From: Basidioascus undulatus
Lineage: Eukaryota
DNA: 56,390 nucleotides
NCBI GenBank assembly: GCA_000826855.1
Contig: JTLS01000058.1
Span: 1 to 56,390 of the forward strand
Direction of reading: 5' to 3'
Part shown: piece after piece, positions 29,301 to 42,049 of the stretch
Layout of the letters: the number at the start of each line of letters is the position of its first letter
How positions within the stretch are numbered: the first letter of the stretch is position 1
The notes under the pieces: generated by a model
What the model was told of the DNA's origin: nothing
What the model saw: the letters and a program-made list of their open reading frames with translations, nothing else
Databases searched by the model: none
Made by a program: the position numbers and the translations under genes

Positions 29301-29934
29301 GGACGGACCGGACGGGACAGGTCTCGGTGCGTGCCCGAAGGAAGAAGGGAGAAGTAGGTAGAGGAGGGGAAACTAACTGGATGGTGGCGGGGATGGGGTT
29401 AGCACGACGTCCGCACCGACTCGCACCTTCTCCTCACAGCGTGCAGGGAGGTCGTCTCGGAGGAGGGATTCGACGAGTTGTTGGAGGAGACGCGGGATCG
29501 TATTGATGAGGTGCGCCAGATGTTCTCAATATGCCGTCTCGTTCTTTTCCGTTTCCTCTTCGACTTCTCCCTCCACTCCTACACTGAAACTGGACTTTCG
29601 CCTTCACTTTCACTTTCACTGTCGACCCTCACTCTCACTTTTGCCCTTTTTGGACGCGTGATTCAATCCGGCTGACTCGCGCTACGCACTTGCGCTCCTG
29701 ATGACAGATCGAATGGCTGAACCGCACGAGGGAGATCAGTACGTCGCTTTCTTCTTTTCATTCCCTTTACATCACATTTCACTATACCTTCCCAAATTAT
29801 CTCCTTTATTTCTTTCTGATTGTCTGATACTGCTGGCCGTGTGCATAGCTGTCCACGGGCTCATCAAGCACGCAGAGGAGGAGGCGGAGAAGGGCGGAGG
29901 AAAGGGGAAACTTACGTTGGAGGTGCGGATTTGA
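26343..29934 (+). CDS. Uncharacterised fungal P-loop (AAA-like) protein with putative mitochondrial presequence and one TM helix
   Basis: Arg/Leu/Ser-rich, acid-free N-terminus (MLRPTTRLILRQPTLLSVRPRLL); hydrophobic AFAAVVSTLLGLSVIFACGGIY; YFLILGSKGVGKAT P-loop; EAHPDLEVFRLRVGKALNYEF; LLDIERAMSKLEKVA; IVGGRLSHL; MDDDVMDEQKWSS. Many exons. Confidence 0.8.
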
Positions 29935-32500
29935 GGTGGTGGGTGAGTGGCTGGATGCATGGGGAAGATGGGAGGGACGGAAGGTGGGAGGTGGAGGCGG
30001 AGATCGTGCATGCATGGCAGTGCCAGCGCTCGTCTTTGGAGAGGTTGGGTCTGTAGCGCTTGATCGCTGGCTGCGAACACGGTGAGCATACGCTGCAACG
30101 GTTGGGCCTAGGGGTGGAAGAGTACATCCCGCGTGGACATTCGCTTTGCGACTGTGGCGTTGGACCGGCGTGCACACAAAGCGAGGCCGGATGACGCCCC
30201 GCAAATGTGAGGCTTTGGCACTCAGGTTGTTTTAAGCGATGAATGCATCAGAATTGTGGAGCGCATTTTGTCTACGGCTGCTCATTACTCACTCTCGGGG
30301 CCGGTTTGATGCTCCTTTGAGTTGTCTATGGGAAGACAGCTACCGCGCATCCACAGGGTACCGCTTACGTGCATGCCGTACAAGGTCGCTATCGCCAGAT
30401 GGGTTTCGACATTTTGAAGAGACTGCAGTGCAAATCGTGAACAAAACAACGAAGAGCTTGATAATGTTTTGCCTAACACAAATGGATGCCGTTGCAATCA
30501 AGAAGATGGCAAGCAGAGTCGCTGTCTCGAAAATGCAATATGGATACATATGACCTGGAGACACATAAAGTCAATACTTCCGTAATTGTGAACGTCTAGA
30601 AATATCATCTATCCCAGAATCGTGCTCTTCCTCACTCTCGCCACAAATCCCGACGGCGAGAGCTGCACGCCAGCCAAGGACAGCGGCGTGCGCCGAACGC
30701 GCGAGGGCGATGGCTTGTCCGGAGAGATAGAGACAGGGCTGATGCTGGCCCCCAGAATGTTGAAACGCTTCTTCCTCGGGATAGAAGGAACTGGGAGTGC
30801 GAGCGAGGACATGGAGAAAGCCGACGGAGGTGGCCGAACCACTGTTGCGACCCGGCGGCAGGGTTGGGATGGGTAGGAGGCGGTTGGGAGGGGAAGGGTA
30901 GCTGGGAGAGGGAGTAAGAGGGCAATTTTTCTCCAGCATAGGATGTGTACTGGAAGTCGGGGGAGAATGGCGGAGTGGTTGAAGTGGTTGGACGCGGACC
31001 ACGCGTGGGCAGCGGAACAGTGACGGTCCGAGACCTGGAACGATTGGCCGTTGGACCCTCATCAGCCTCGCTGGATCGCTAGATCATAGGATATGTGACT
31101 TGAGTACCTGGTCTTTTCCACTCCAGTCCGTCGTTTTGCTACCGCTCAGCGATTCGACATCAAACGAAGGGAGAAAAGGCTGCCCGTGGCGATTTAAACC
31201 CTTAGTCAGCTTACTTCCTTTGCAACTTTCATCGATCAACTGCGCACCACGCTGTCTGCTCCCACCGCACCACAGGGTGTATTCTTCCTCTTCGCCAATC
31301 ACGCAAGCCTCGCTCAACATCAAGCGGCCCCGACAGCGGTGTTGGGTCGCGCGCGCTTGAACGCCTGCGCTCATCACGTCGGCGACCGCGTCCAGCGGAG
31401 CCGAGCGAGAGGACCGAGAGTAGCGAGCTTGGGAGGTGCATGGACGTGTAACAGTTGAGATGCTACGAGGCTGATGAAGGAGGAAAGAGTTGAAAAGGAA
31501 GAGGACGTGCGAGTCGAGGAAACTGGGTCAAGTTCTGTTATCTTCCTTTTCCGTGCGAGCATGCCAGTGATGGCACTAGTGCATCTCACGGATAGCTTAA
31601 AGCAGACCTCTCAGACCTTCTGAAGATAGCGGGCATGCCGAGTCGAGGAGGCGGAGTTGGAGTGGTTCTGCTGTGTTGCCAGTGCCGTCCGCCCGCCGAC
31701 ATAGCATGGCAATGATAGCGCTGATCCGTCTCGCGGATAGGGATCCCAGACATGCTTGAGCTTATACCTGATTCAATTGGCGGACAGGAGGGAAAGTCAC
31801 GTCGAACTCTCTCGGCCTCGAGGATGCAAGCGAGCTAGCGTTTGCTCAGTACGAAACGAGTTGTGCATTGCAAAGGTAAATAATGGGTGCCTTCCCGAAC
31901 GCCACCGAGTCCGACTGAATTGGTCTTTGTAGAATTGCAGGCTGTTTATCGCTGGTGCTCTTACTATGTCAGCTTGCGCATCTGCTGTGAGCTTGTAAGG
32001 CAAGAAACGCATGGGAGGGTCAGCGGGCAACGCGCGTCCTTGCTCAAGAATTGAACTCAGTGCGATAACCACAGAGGATGGGCAAATTCGCCGTTCATGG
32101 CTTCAGTCATATCCCTAGGAGTTGATCAAGCTCGTCAAGGCAATATAAGCTTTCTGTCGGTCAGCGGCCTGTGCCTGCGATACACAAGGGCGACAGTCAC
32201 TACATGCTGAAATTGCGATGTTCGGTACCTTTGGTCTGCATCCCGTCGATTCCATGTCTTCACAGTCATACAATGTAAGCTATGAGTTGAGGTGTATTCC
32301 GGCCCCTGACGATGGATAAAAAAGAGGAATTGAGTATCAGACGTGCCGCGTCAATCAATGCACGAGCTGCAGACAAGCCGTGAACATTCTCTGCGCGATG
32401 CGCCCACAGTCGCGTTTCGCATACTCAGCTTTAGCAACAAGTTACTCTCAGCGATTGCGTCAAAAGTACAGCGAGTGCATAGGCATAACCGAGTAAGGAC

Positions 32501-35274
32501 TCATGAATCGAACAGTTCACTCCGCCACCCCGCCTTCTCTTCTGCCTGTCGCCGAACGACCCCCACCTCCTCCCTCAGATATCCCCCCAGCTCCCTAACC
32601 CTCCTGACCTTCCCATCCACATCTTGCACCTTGTCCTGAACTTCACAGACTTCCTCCAGCACCTCCCCCTCCGCCTCCTCCACGTGCCGCTCGATGCGCT
32701 CCACGCTCGTCTCCGGCCCCTTGTCCGCCTCGGGCAGCAGCAGCGGGGCCGTTCCGACCGCGATGGCCGTGTCTGACTCGAGGACCTCGGGCGCAGCCGA
32801 GTTGGTGGGGGGTACGATGGGCGAAGAAGAGGAGGACTCGTTCTGGGGAGGGAGCGTGTGGATGATACCATGTGTGGTGATCTGCGTGGCAGTGTGCGGG
32901 TCGGGAGAGAAAGGGGGCTTCGGCTTGGGGGAGCGCGAGCGCGGCGGGGCCGTTAAGAGCGCGGAGAAGTAAGCGGCCAGCCGGGAAGTCCGAGGACTTC
33001 GCAGACGCTTCGCCTCCGCCCGCCGATGGACCTCCCACGCGCGCTCGTCCAGCGCCCGCAGCCCTTGCCGCACTTGCTGCTCCACCGCGATCCGCACCAC
33101 CATGCGCAGCACGACCCTCGCGAGCGGCCGCAGAGCCCACGCGATGAGCGGGTGCGTTTCGCTCTGCAGCTTGATGTCCAGGTCGGGTATGCTGACGCGC
33201 ACGTCCGTGCGGTGCTCGTCGAAGAACGACTTGGGTCCCTCAGCGGCGGAAGAGGACGAAGGAGGAGGATGCGCGAGTTCCGCGTCCACTTCGACGCTGA
33301 GCCCGCGTTCACCGAGGGAGAGCGAGAGGAGTCCGCGCTCGGTGAGCGTGAGGGGCGGGAGGCAGGCGGAGATGGGATTGGGAAGGCGGGAAGCGAGGTA
33401 GAAGGAGAGGTGCGAGAGGGTGAGTTGGAGGGAAGTGAGCGTCAGGTGGACGCGCGAGGCGAAGGGCGGGGGCGGCTCGGGGGTGGAAGGGTGTGGGGAG
33501 GGATGGAGCGTGAGAGTCGGCGATGCGGAGACGGAGAGCGTGGAGGGTAGGATGGAAAGGGAGGTGAGGATCAGGTCGTCGAGGACGAAGTCGAGCGTTG
33601 GGGAAGAGAACTCCGTTCTGCGCAGCCGAGGTAAATTGTCGATCAGTCTGCCCGCCGTCGAGACACATGGTCTAGACTTCAACGCACCTCGGTATAGGAA
33701 CCTCTTTCAAGAACCCCATCAATTGCGGCAAAGCCACGTTCAACGCGTCTTTCCACAGCCCGCCCACGCTGCCGGTCAACGCGCCCCAACCCACAGCCAG
33801 CCCGTTCCCCAGCTCCGCCCCGAGCGCCTGCACCGCACGGACCAGTCTCCACAGCTCCTCATCATTCTTTACGCCAGACACGAAAGCCTCGACCTCGTCC
33901 CGCAGCGTCCGAAGCGCAGCGCGGAATGCCGGTTCTTTCTCCAGCAGCGTCGCGAGGCGGTCGTACAGTCCTTCCGCGTCCACTCGCGCGCGACGCGAGT
34001 GCGCGTACGGCACATCGGTGAAGAGGTGGGAGAGGAAGGAGTCGAGGTCGGAGAGCCAGGCTTGGACGTTGGAGGAGTCGTGCGCGGATTCGGCGAGGCG
34101 CTGGAAGGTGGTGGGGAGGTGGGTGAAAGAGTGGGAGGAGATGGAGGAGAGGAGGCGGGTGAAAGACTGGAAGGCGGAGAGGATGTGCGAGTCGGGATCG
34201 GAGAGTGTCGCGGAGGGGTGGATGGAGGATGGGAAGGAGGAGGCCGTGTCGGCTGTGCGCGAGGCGATAATGAGATACTTGCGCAAGAGCGCGAGGAGGG
34301 TCTGCAACGCTGGCAGGACGTCCGGATTCGCTTGTATTCGAGATAGGAGCTAAGACCGCGGGATTCGCTTGTATTCGAGATAGGAGCTAAGACCGCGAGA
34401 TCAGCTGGACGAGACAAGAATTGCGAATAGCATGAGAAGACATACACGCTGAAGTCGTTCCAGCGCCAACTCCCTCGCCTCCGTCTCGGCAGCTTGCTCC
34501 ACCTTATCCCTCACATCCCCAGCATGCTCCTGCACCTCCTCGAAAGCTTCCTTGCTGTATTTCATTCCCTCCCTCTGCTCAGGCCGAAGGACGTCGGCAG
34601 CATGTCCCACAGCGGCCTTGATTCCCTCGGCTGTGTCGGCGAGGAAGTCGCGCGTGAAGAGGAGCGCGGACGAGAGGAGGGCGGTGGACTCGGAGAGGAC
34701 GGAGGTGAGAAATGTTAGAGTTAGGGAAGCGACTGACGCGAGGAGGAGTGATGCATCATGTTGCATAGAGGTCGTGGAGAGGTCCGAGGGCAGGGAGGGG
34801 AGATCTGTCGCGGTGCGGAGGCCGTGTAAGCGGCGTACTGAGAGGACCGGATGGGTACACTTCACCGATATCGATGTCGTAATCGAGCTCCGCCTCGCGT
34901 ATATGGTAAACGAGCTCCTGAACGGCCTCATGCTCTACATCTCTCCTCAGTCAGCATTCCGTGTAGCCGATAGCAGCAAACCACGCACCATTTCTGAGCC
35001 TCACGAACTCTCTCCCCGCCTCCAGCACTTCCCTTGTCCGCCTGACAGCCCCCATTCTCTCATCACTCAGCGGCCCTCCGACTCTAAGCGCCCCACTCCC
35101 TAGGTCGAGCGCGTCCGAACTGAGCGCGCAATCGAGGAGCGCAACGAGCTGCGCGTCGGTCGGGAGCTTCCCAGCGCGCAGGGCGCCGATAACGGCAGCG
35201 AGGCGGAAGGGAGTCGCGCTGGCTGGTGTGGAACTCGGGCTGCTGAGGAGCGGGGTGCGCTCAGATATGGACAT
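32501..35274 (-). CDS. HAM1/DUF4449-like fungal protein; one splice acceptor is duplicated
   Basis: LAAVIGALRAGKLPTDAQL near the N-terminus, LLRKY, LWKDALNVALPQLMGFLKEVPIPRTEFSSPTLDFVLDDL, and a long final exon ending WRSELFDS. Family assigned from recalled motifs only. Confidence 0.7.
34324..34397. repeat. Perfect 37-bp direct tandem duplication
   Basis: GGATTCGCTTGTATTCGAGATAGGAGCTAAGACCGCG occurs at 34324-34360 and again at 34361-34397. Confidence 0.97.
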
Positions 35275-36250
35275 TACTTGCTCGATAATGGTGGTGGTTT
35301 AGGCGAGATAGGAGGTGCGTTTGTGGAGCTCTGAAAGCGGACTGCATGGCGCTCCGCGTGATCGACCTGCCCGCCTGTGCCGACAAACTAACCTTTCTGC
35401 AGCTTCAAGGCTACCAACTATCGAACTCCATAGCTCGGAAAGCTGCAATATGAACTTCATAAAGGTGAATGAATTCCTCTTGTGTAGTTGGAAGAGGCTG
35501 CTGCCTGTCGACATAGTCACGATAATGCCTGTAACACACTGCAAGTTGGCTCAGACCCAATCAGTCGGATTGCAGAAGAGGATTTTTTCCCTAGATTCAA
35601 GTCATCTAGTCTCTTAAAAATTACAAGCAGAACTGAGGCTTGAAGGCTACACTGGCGCATTGGTCCTAGCAGGCTCGCTCGCCACGCGCGAGCCTCATCC
35701 CCTCATGATTTAGCAGTAGGCCGGGTGCCGCGGCGAATGTGCCGATTCAGGGAAGTTAAAGTTAAGGACAATCTCACTTTTTCATTAGGCCATGTTTCCC
35801 AGTCGTAGCCTGGTACGTCTTCACCAGTGTCGCCTGCCACGCTCGCCGCACAACGTTCCTGGCGTGCAGAACACGGGGATCATACGGGCTGTCAGCTCGG
35901 AACAAGCCAATTAGACCGCCATTTCCGGTATAAAATGCTTCTTACGATTGCAATGTATCTTCGATTTTAGCGGCCCAGCGAGCGGCTCGTGTAAGCTAGC
36001 TCGCGTCGTGCGCTCACAGACGCAGATCCCCTGCTTTCATCCACCACCCCAAGAGATTGATTCAGGCCTTGTCTAAAAGTCATATGTTTCCAAACTGGTG
36101 GGTATGTTTGAACACCAGGCGACCTAGACGAGCGACATCTTCCGGAGACGTGATTCGCTGTGGTATGCACCGAGCTGTGTGGACTGCCACCGTGGAAACG
36201 GCTTTCTTGCTTGAGAGACCCCCCCCCCCCCCNGGGCTACAACTTTTGGT

Positions 36251-38906
36251 TCAAACCTCATTAACGTCGTGCAACTTCTCTCGAAGCTTTCTTGGTGCGT
36301 CCTGACCGGGCGTCCCGCTGCCGCAGTAAAAGCTGGACGCCTCGTTCGGGGTGCCTGCGCCCTTGTAGGTGGGGATAAGAGGGTACTGGGGGCGGTTGAC
36401 GGATCATCAGTGTCACCAAGATTGAGTCGCAAAAATTCTACTCACCTTGCAGATCGGCCGAGTGAACTCGACCTCTCCAGAAGTCGCGTTGTTGTCCTTG
36501 AAGTGCGCAGCGATGAGCGACTCCGGCGCCTCGCCCTGCTCGACCCACTGTAGGAGGGCGAGCAGGACGTCGTGCGAAGCGTCCTTCTAAATGCTGGGTC
36601 TCTTCGGGGTCTGGCCGAACTGCATGTATGCAAGAGATGGAGTCAGCGATTGAGCACGTTCAGAAATCGCAACGGGAAACTGTCTCGCACCGAGTTTGTA
36701 CCCGGACCACCCTGCGCACGTTGGCCGGTATCTTCAGTGACTATCTTAAGTTAAGTAATAAAATAATACACACCTGGCAGTGATACATCCCAGGGACGTT
36801 GAAAAGCCGGTAGAAGCCGTCCATCTCGACGCCATGTCGGGTCTTCATTGTCGTCTGAACTTGCTCGTAGTAATGGTACGAGTTGCCCGTCGAGTTGAGG
36901 GCCTATTATTGCCCCATCGTATGGGCATTCAGTACCAGTAAACCTGGGTTGTCACCTCGGAACTTACGTCGTTCGCACCCACGAAGTGGATGACCTTGCC
37001 CTTGCGCGGTCCCAATGCGTAGGGGCCGAGGTCCGGGTTGATGGCCTGGAAGATGATTCAGACACCGCAATCCGCAGATAACGGGACCAGGTTGCAGGCT
37101 TACACTAATCGCTCCAGGGTCGATAGCGTCGGCCAGCTCGAGGTCGGCCAAAGTGAAGTTGGAGGGCTGCCACGTAGTGTCACTGTCATGCATTGTAAAT
37201 GAGCTCCTCGCAACCACAGAGTAAGATATCCCCTACTCACTTGAAGACAAGATACTTGAAGGTCTGCTGTCCTAGAGCGTAAATGCTAGGCGAGTCGCCA
37301 TAGAACGACGCAACGCCCCCAGGTCCCAGCTCGCCGCCGGGGTACAGTCCGCTGAAAAGATCTGCATGCGTATTCCAATCATCGTGTAAGAACGTTTCTT
37401 GAAAATTGAACGACAAAGACCTACGTTTACCGTCGGCGTCTACCCAAGGGCTGTACAACTTGCGCAGAGCGACGATCTGCGGTGCCGTGAGGCACGTTGA
37501 GGCATTCTGACCAGGAGCGCAGGCCAGCGTCTCGGGACGGAAGCTACAAAGCAGATCATGAGCATACCCAGCCGAGAAAAGGGAGATAAACTGTACCTGC
37601 AGCGGGTTGGCTCTGTGACAATACCGTCCTCGATCTGGAAGCGTTCGGTCGCCGTCAGAATGCAGTACATTGAGTGAAAATGTGTGTGGACGTTTACCCC
37701 GTCCAACCCGTCGCATTGCTGCAAAACCTCAGCGCCGATCACTTCCCATAGCAAAGAAGGGATGTGGGCAGAATTTGATTCCTGAAGATAAGCCGTTAAC
37801 GGATTTGATGATAATACTGACTGACACAGTGGACAAACTAACGGCGGGGTACAGGTAGTTCCCATACTGAACGTTCCAAGCGTTGAGGTGCGTCCACCAG
37901 TTTGCAGGCGAGCCGACGACCTGCGTATCACAGAAGATGTTAACTGTGATCGGTTCCAATGCTGCCCAGCAGACTCACAGCACCGTCGAAAAAGTCGGGG
38001 TAGTCTTGAATCATCTTGAGCCTGAAAGAGACGTCTGTGTCACTTCGAAGGCCAGCGACCTGCCTCGCCTCTTGAACTGACCCTTGCTTGCCACCCTGAA
38101 AGATTTGAAATGTTGCTTCAGTTAACGCTCCAAACACACAGCCAACTCGGAACACACGGCCAACATGAGTACTTACAGACGAGCAACCGAAGTAGTAGCT
38201 GTGGTCCGCAGACTTGCCATAGTACGCCTCCGTGACGTGCTTGGCGACCACGATACTGTTGGCAAGCGCTCGTCCACCAAAATCAATTGCTCCTTCCTAA
38301 TCAAGTCAAGTAGATCTTCAGTAAACTGTACAGGAAGCGATGAGAGCGAGAAGCCTGACCGGGTTGTTCAGAAGCAGGGAGCCATCATCCCGGTCGTAAC
38401 CGCCGTTCATACTGACCCCTACGAAGCCATACCTGTCGCGCATTGCAAGATATGATATCAGTATTAAGCCTCGGATTTCTATAACAATATTCCAGACTTA
38501 CGAAATGGCATTGTACCCGAGCGATGGATAGTTAACACCGCCGGCCCAGCCGCCATTCCCGACGGTGAGAAATCGTGAGTTCCACTCGTCGGGCAGCCAC
38601 ACCTCAGCTCGAGCCGAATGGTTCGTTATAGTCGGAACGTTCAATTGAAGACCTGCTCTTGGGGTTAGCGGTGGGAGGATCAAGCACTTTTTCAGGAGAA
38701 GGGGACGTACGGCAGAATGCTGGAAGCTCCGTTGTCGAAATCTCGTAGGCAGCATCTGTGACGTTTACGAGCTCTCCGGCGTGGTAGTAATGGGCGGCGT
38801 CCAGAAAAGCTGAAACTGCAGGTGGAAGTGCGAAGCTCTCGCAGGGATGTTTCCAGGCGGTTGCCGAGGATGCTAGGATGGCGAGTAAGGCGGCGAGGGA
38901 GGACAT
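36251..38906 (-). CDS. Secreted tannase / feruloyl esterase family hydrolase; in-frame TAG near the C-terminus (possible pseudogene allele)
   Basis: Signal peptide, LPAFCR, EVWLPDEWNSRFLTVGNGGWAGG, nucleophile motif YFGCSSGGKQG, QCDGLDGIEDG, HFVGAND (Asp), FYRLFNVPGMYHC (His), HDVLLALLQWVE, FTRPICKYP. The 3' end is approximate and lies next to an N at 36233. Confidence 0.88.
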
Positions 38907-39412
38907 GATTGCGTTGAAAGAACGACACGTAGGTCTCCCATGCGCTGCTTATAGCTTCATAGACAGCCTCACGTGATTCTTAAGCTCGGGAGAGCCTCGG
39001 AAGATGCCAGCCGCAAGATGGAGTGCAACGACGCATGACCGAAATGGAAGACGTGAGGACGAGGAGGGAGCAGGATAACCCGGGACACCAAAGCATACAC
39101 CGCTCCTGCTGACGGTCTAATACCACAGGCTCAAATGTCTCTTTTTTTCACGAGGTGTAGGCATCACAGGGTCTCCCAGTCTTCAGCAGGCTTCTTGAGA
39201 TCGCCTGCGTTAATGTGCTGATTCGCCGCGAAAGCATATCGAGAAGAAAATCCTCGTCTGCCGCATCCAACATATCTGCTCTGCAGACACGATGAATATC
39301 AACAGGCGTTGAATAGCCTCCTCATCGTTTATGCATCTCATGCTGCCATCGAACCTCATGATAATACAAATACATAGAAAGCAGTGCCGCATGTCCCACC
39401 CGGCAAACCGCT

Positions 39413-42049
39413 TCAAATGGCAAGCTTGAAATCAGGGTGCCTTGAACCCAGGTCGAAGATCTCTTCCGCTGACTTCGTTTCCACGAACCCAAGTTGAACA
39501 TAGTCAGCACAAAGTTCAGTGTAAGAGATCCGGACGGCAGCAAGCGCACCTTTCCCTCCAACCGATGGTCGCGTTCTCCGGCCGCTCGCTGCTTGTTCTC
39601 CCAAGTGTTGTAGAGAACGCCGACGAGCGCGCAAAGGAAGACGCCGGTAGTGCTTCCTATGTTGATGGAATTTCCACGTACATAATCGGCTGCAATATCC
39701 AGTGTCAGAAATGAGGTTGGACAGAGGGCGTCTGAGACGTACGGGCATCGCCAGGCAGGTATGTCCCTGTGGGTCAATATGACGGATTCAGTCATGGAGC
39801 TAGAAAAACTGCGGCAAATTAAGTAGGCTCGACCTACAAGTGGCGATGATAGAACCGATGCTTGAGACGCCGGGAATGATCTGGTTACGTGAAACGTTCA
39901 GAAGAGCTTCGGCCCAGCGAGACTTGAAAGCATGTACCGCGCTAGACACGGCGCGAACTGAGTCTGGGGCCGTGTTGTTGGAACCCCATGCGAGGAAAAA
40001 CTTTTTCAAGAGGGTCAGTTTGAGCTCGGACTCCATCACAACTGGATAACAACTCACGGGCCCAATAGGGAAAGCCCCAACTGCGGTGAGGAATGCCGCA
40101 GCATAGCGCACCTGCAAGTCTTTACTCCCAAGGAACATGCAATATCTGTTTTTTGGTCAGTATTCAAGCAGGAAAGTGAGTTCGACACATGAGAGAGCGG
40201 ACCCGACGATAGCCAGAGTAATGGATCCCATAACGACATAACCTCGACGGTTGATGCGGTTGGATAGATAAGCCGTCAAAAGCGACCAAACCTGGTAAAT
40301 TTCAAAGTCAACTCAGTTGAATACTTTAAGGGCTCGAATAGGGGCTGCTCACAAATGCAACGACGTAAGGGGGAACAGTCCGAAGCTGAACTTCGACCGT
40401 GCTCTTTCCGGGATTCAGACCCCGGACAATAGTAGGCATGAATAGAGCCAGCTATGAAGCAAACCCGCTTGAGCTTCAAGGAGATCCAACAAATCAATCA
40501 AGACGTACCCCTTGCACAGAGATGTTGCAGAGCGTGAAAGCTAACGTGAAAAGCCAGGTGTTGAAGTCCGTGAGACCACGCTTGATCAGCTCCCACTTAA
40601 ATTACAAAGAGCGCTTTCAGCACAGAATCCGCTCCGCTGATAAGTGACAGCACAGACCTTGGGCTTGTCGCTGGATGCCTGTGCCCCAATGGTTTCCGCC
40701 TGGACGCGGGCGATGGCCAGAGCTGCAAGAAGGCCTCGTGTCAGCCAAATCTTCCAAGCCACTCTGCCGGTAGGTCTGTTCGTGTCTGCGTGAGCACCTA
40801 ACTTTCTCGTCTTGGGTGAGGAACCAGGCCGTCGACGGCTCCGAAGCCAAGACGAAATACATGGCAAAGCCAATGGCGATACTGGCTAGCCCTTCAATGA
40901 AGAAGATCATCTGCCAGGTATGCAGCGACCCAATATGGTCGATCTTTAATATGGCCCCGGCGAGCAGGCCCTGTTAAAAACGTGTCAGCGCGCGCAACCA
41001 GCGTCTGCTGGTTCATGGGACATCTTACTCCGAAAGCACCGCTCAAGGCGATAGCAGACACGAAGAAGCCGATCCTGAAAACAAGCTACCGTTCCAGAAG
41101 AAGGTCAGAATGGGATTAAGATGGGGCGGGAAACGCGGGAAATAAAAGAGAGTGACAGCCTTGCAGTCGTTCTGTCGCAAGGTGCAAACCCAACAGTTAG
41201 GAGAACGCATTCTGCTCACCTCGCTGCGACGATAAAAGCGAGAGAGCCACAGCGTGATTCCTGTGCGACAAGTTTAGATGCCTCTTCATCATGTTCGCAA
41301 TGTTCGCAGAGGGGTGGGCTCAGACTTACCACAGATTACCCCGCCTTCCGTCAATCCAAGCATCAAGCGAGCGGCGAGCAATCCCCCGTAGTTCGTGAGC
41401 CACGCCTGGCACATCGTTACGCTCCCGAATGAGAATATGAGGACAGGAAACCAGAGCTTGGCTCCGACAATCTTCAAAGCCATGTCTGTAAGGGAGAACG
41501 TGTCAGTCCAATGTGACGCGGAAATCGCCAAGAGTTTGGCGCACTCGAGGGAATTTCGACCAGAGTGTACGTCTGTACCCGGAATTTCTGTAAGTCACTT
41601 CTACTCAATCTCACAAGTAGTATCTAATTACAATATATAGCACAGTTAGAGATACCGAATATTGATGTCCGGTAAGTCCAAGGTCCTTCTCCATGCCAGC
41701 GATCCGCGCATTGCCTGCGTTTCTTGTGAGCACACGAAGCCTGTTACTTTTTCGGAATTGCGTACCGATGTTTGTCCGATCGAGAGCAGTAATCAGATAG
41801 ATGATCCAGGCCGCTGGGAGAAGCCAGAGGTCCATCTACCACCGCATCCCGAAGAGAATTCAGTGTTGACAGCGTACGCAGTTGGTAGAAGATGCATAGG
41901 CAGCCTACCTTTTGAACCACAGCCCGATTGGCTTTGACATCATTGAGAAGGGGATGTAATTGCACTGACGGTGCGTTCTCGAATCTCTCCGCGTACTCCC
42001 GCTTCGCCTCGTATTCCTGGTTCGAGCCGGACTCCAGCGCCTTCTCCAT
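39413..42049 (-). CDS. MFS transporter, anion:cation symporter (ACS; DAL5/TNA1-like) family; one defective splice donor
   Basis: LDRTNIGNARIAGMEKDLGL, EIPSN, LSRFYRRSELVFRIG, WQMIFFIEG, AWFLTQDEK, TVPPYV, WENKQR, LGSRHPDFK. Multi-exon; frame problem at 40801-40802. Confidence 0.9.

Noticed and set aside
30571..31710. Short minus-strand ORFs suggesting a gene
   Set aside because: No consistent frame, splice pattern or motif could be established.
36219..36233. C14 run followed by an N right after the esterase gene
   Set aside because: Most likely an assembly join or ambiguity, not biology. It also argues for caution about the single-base lesions nearby.
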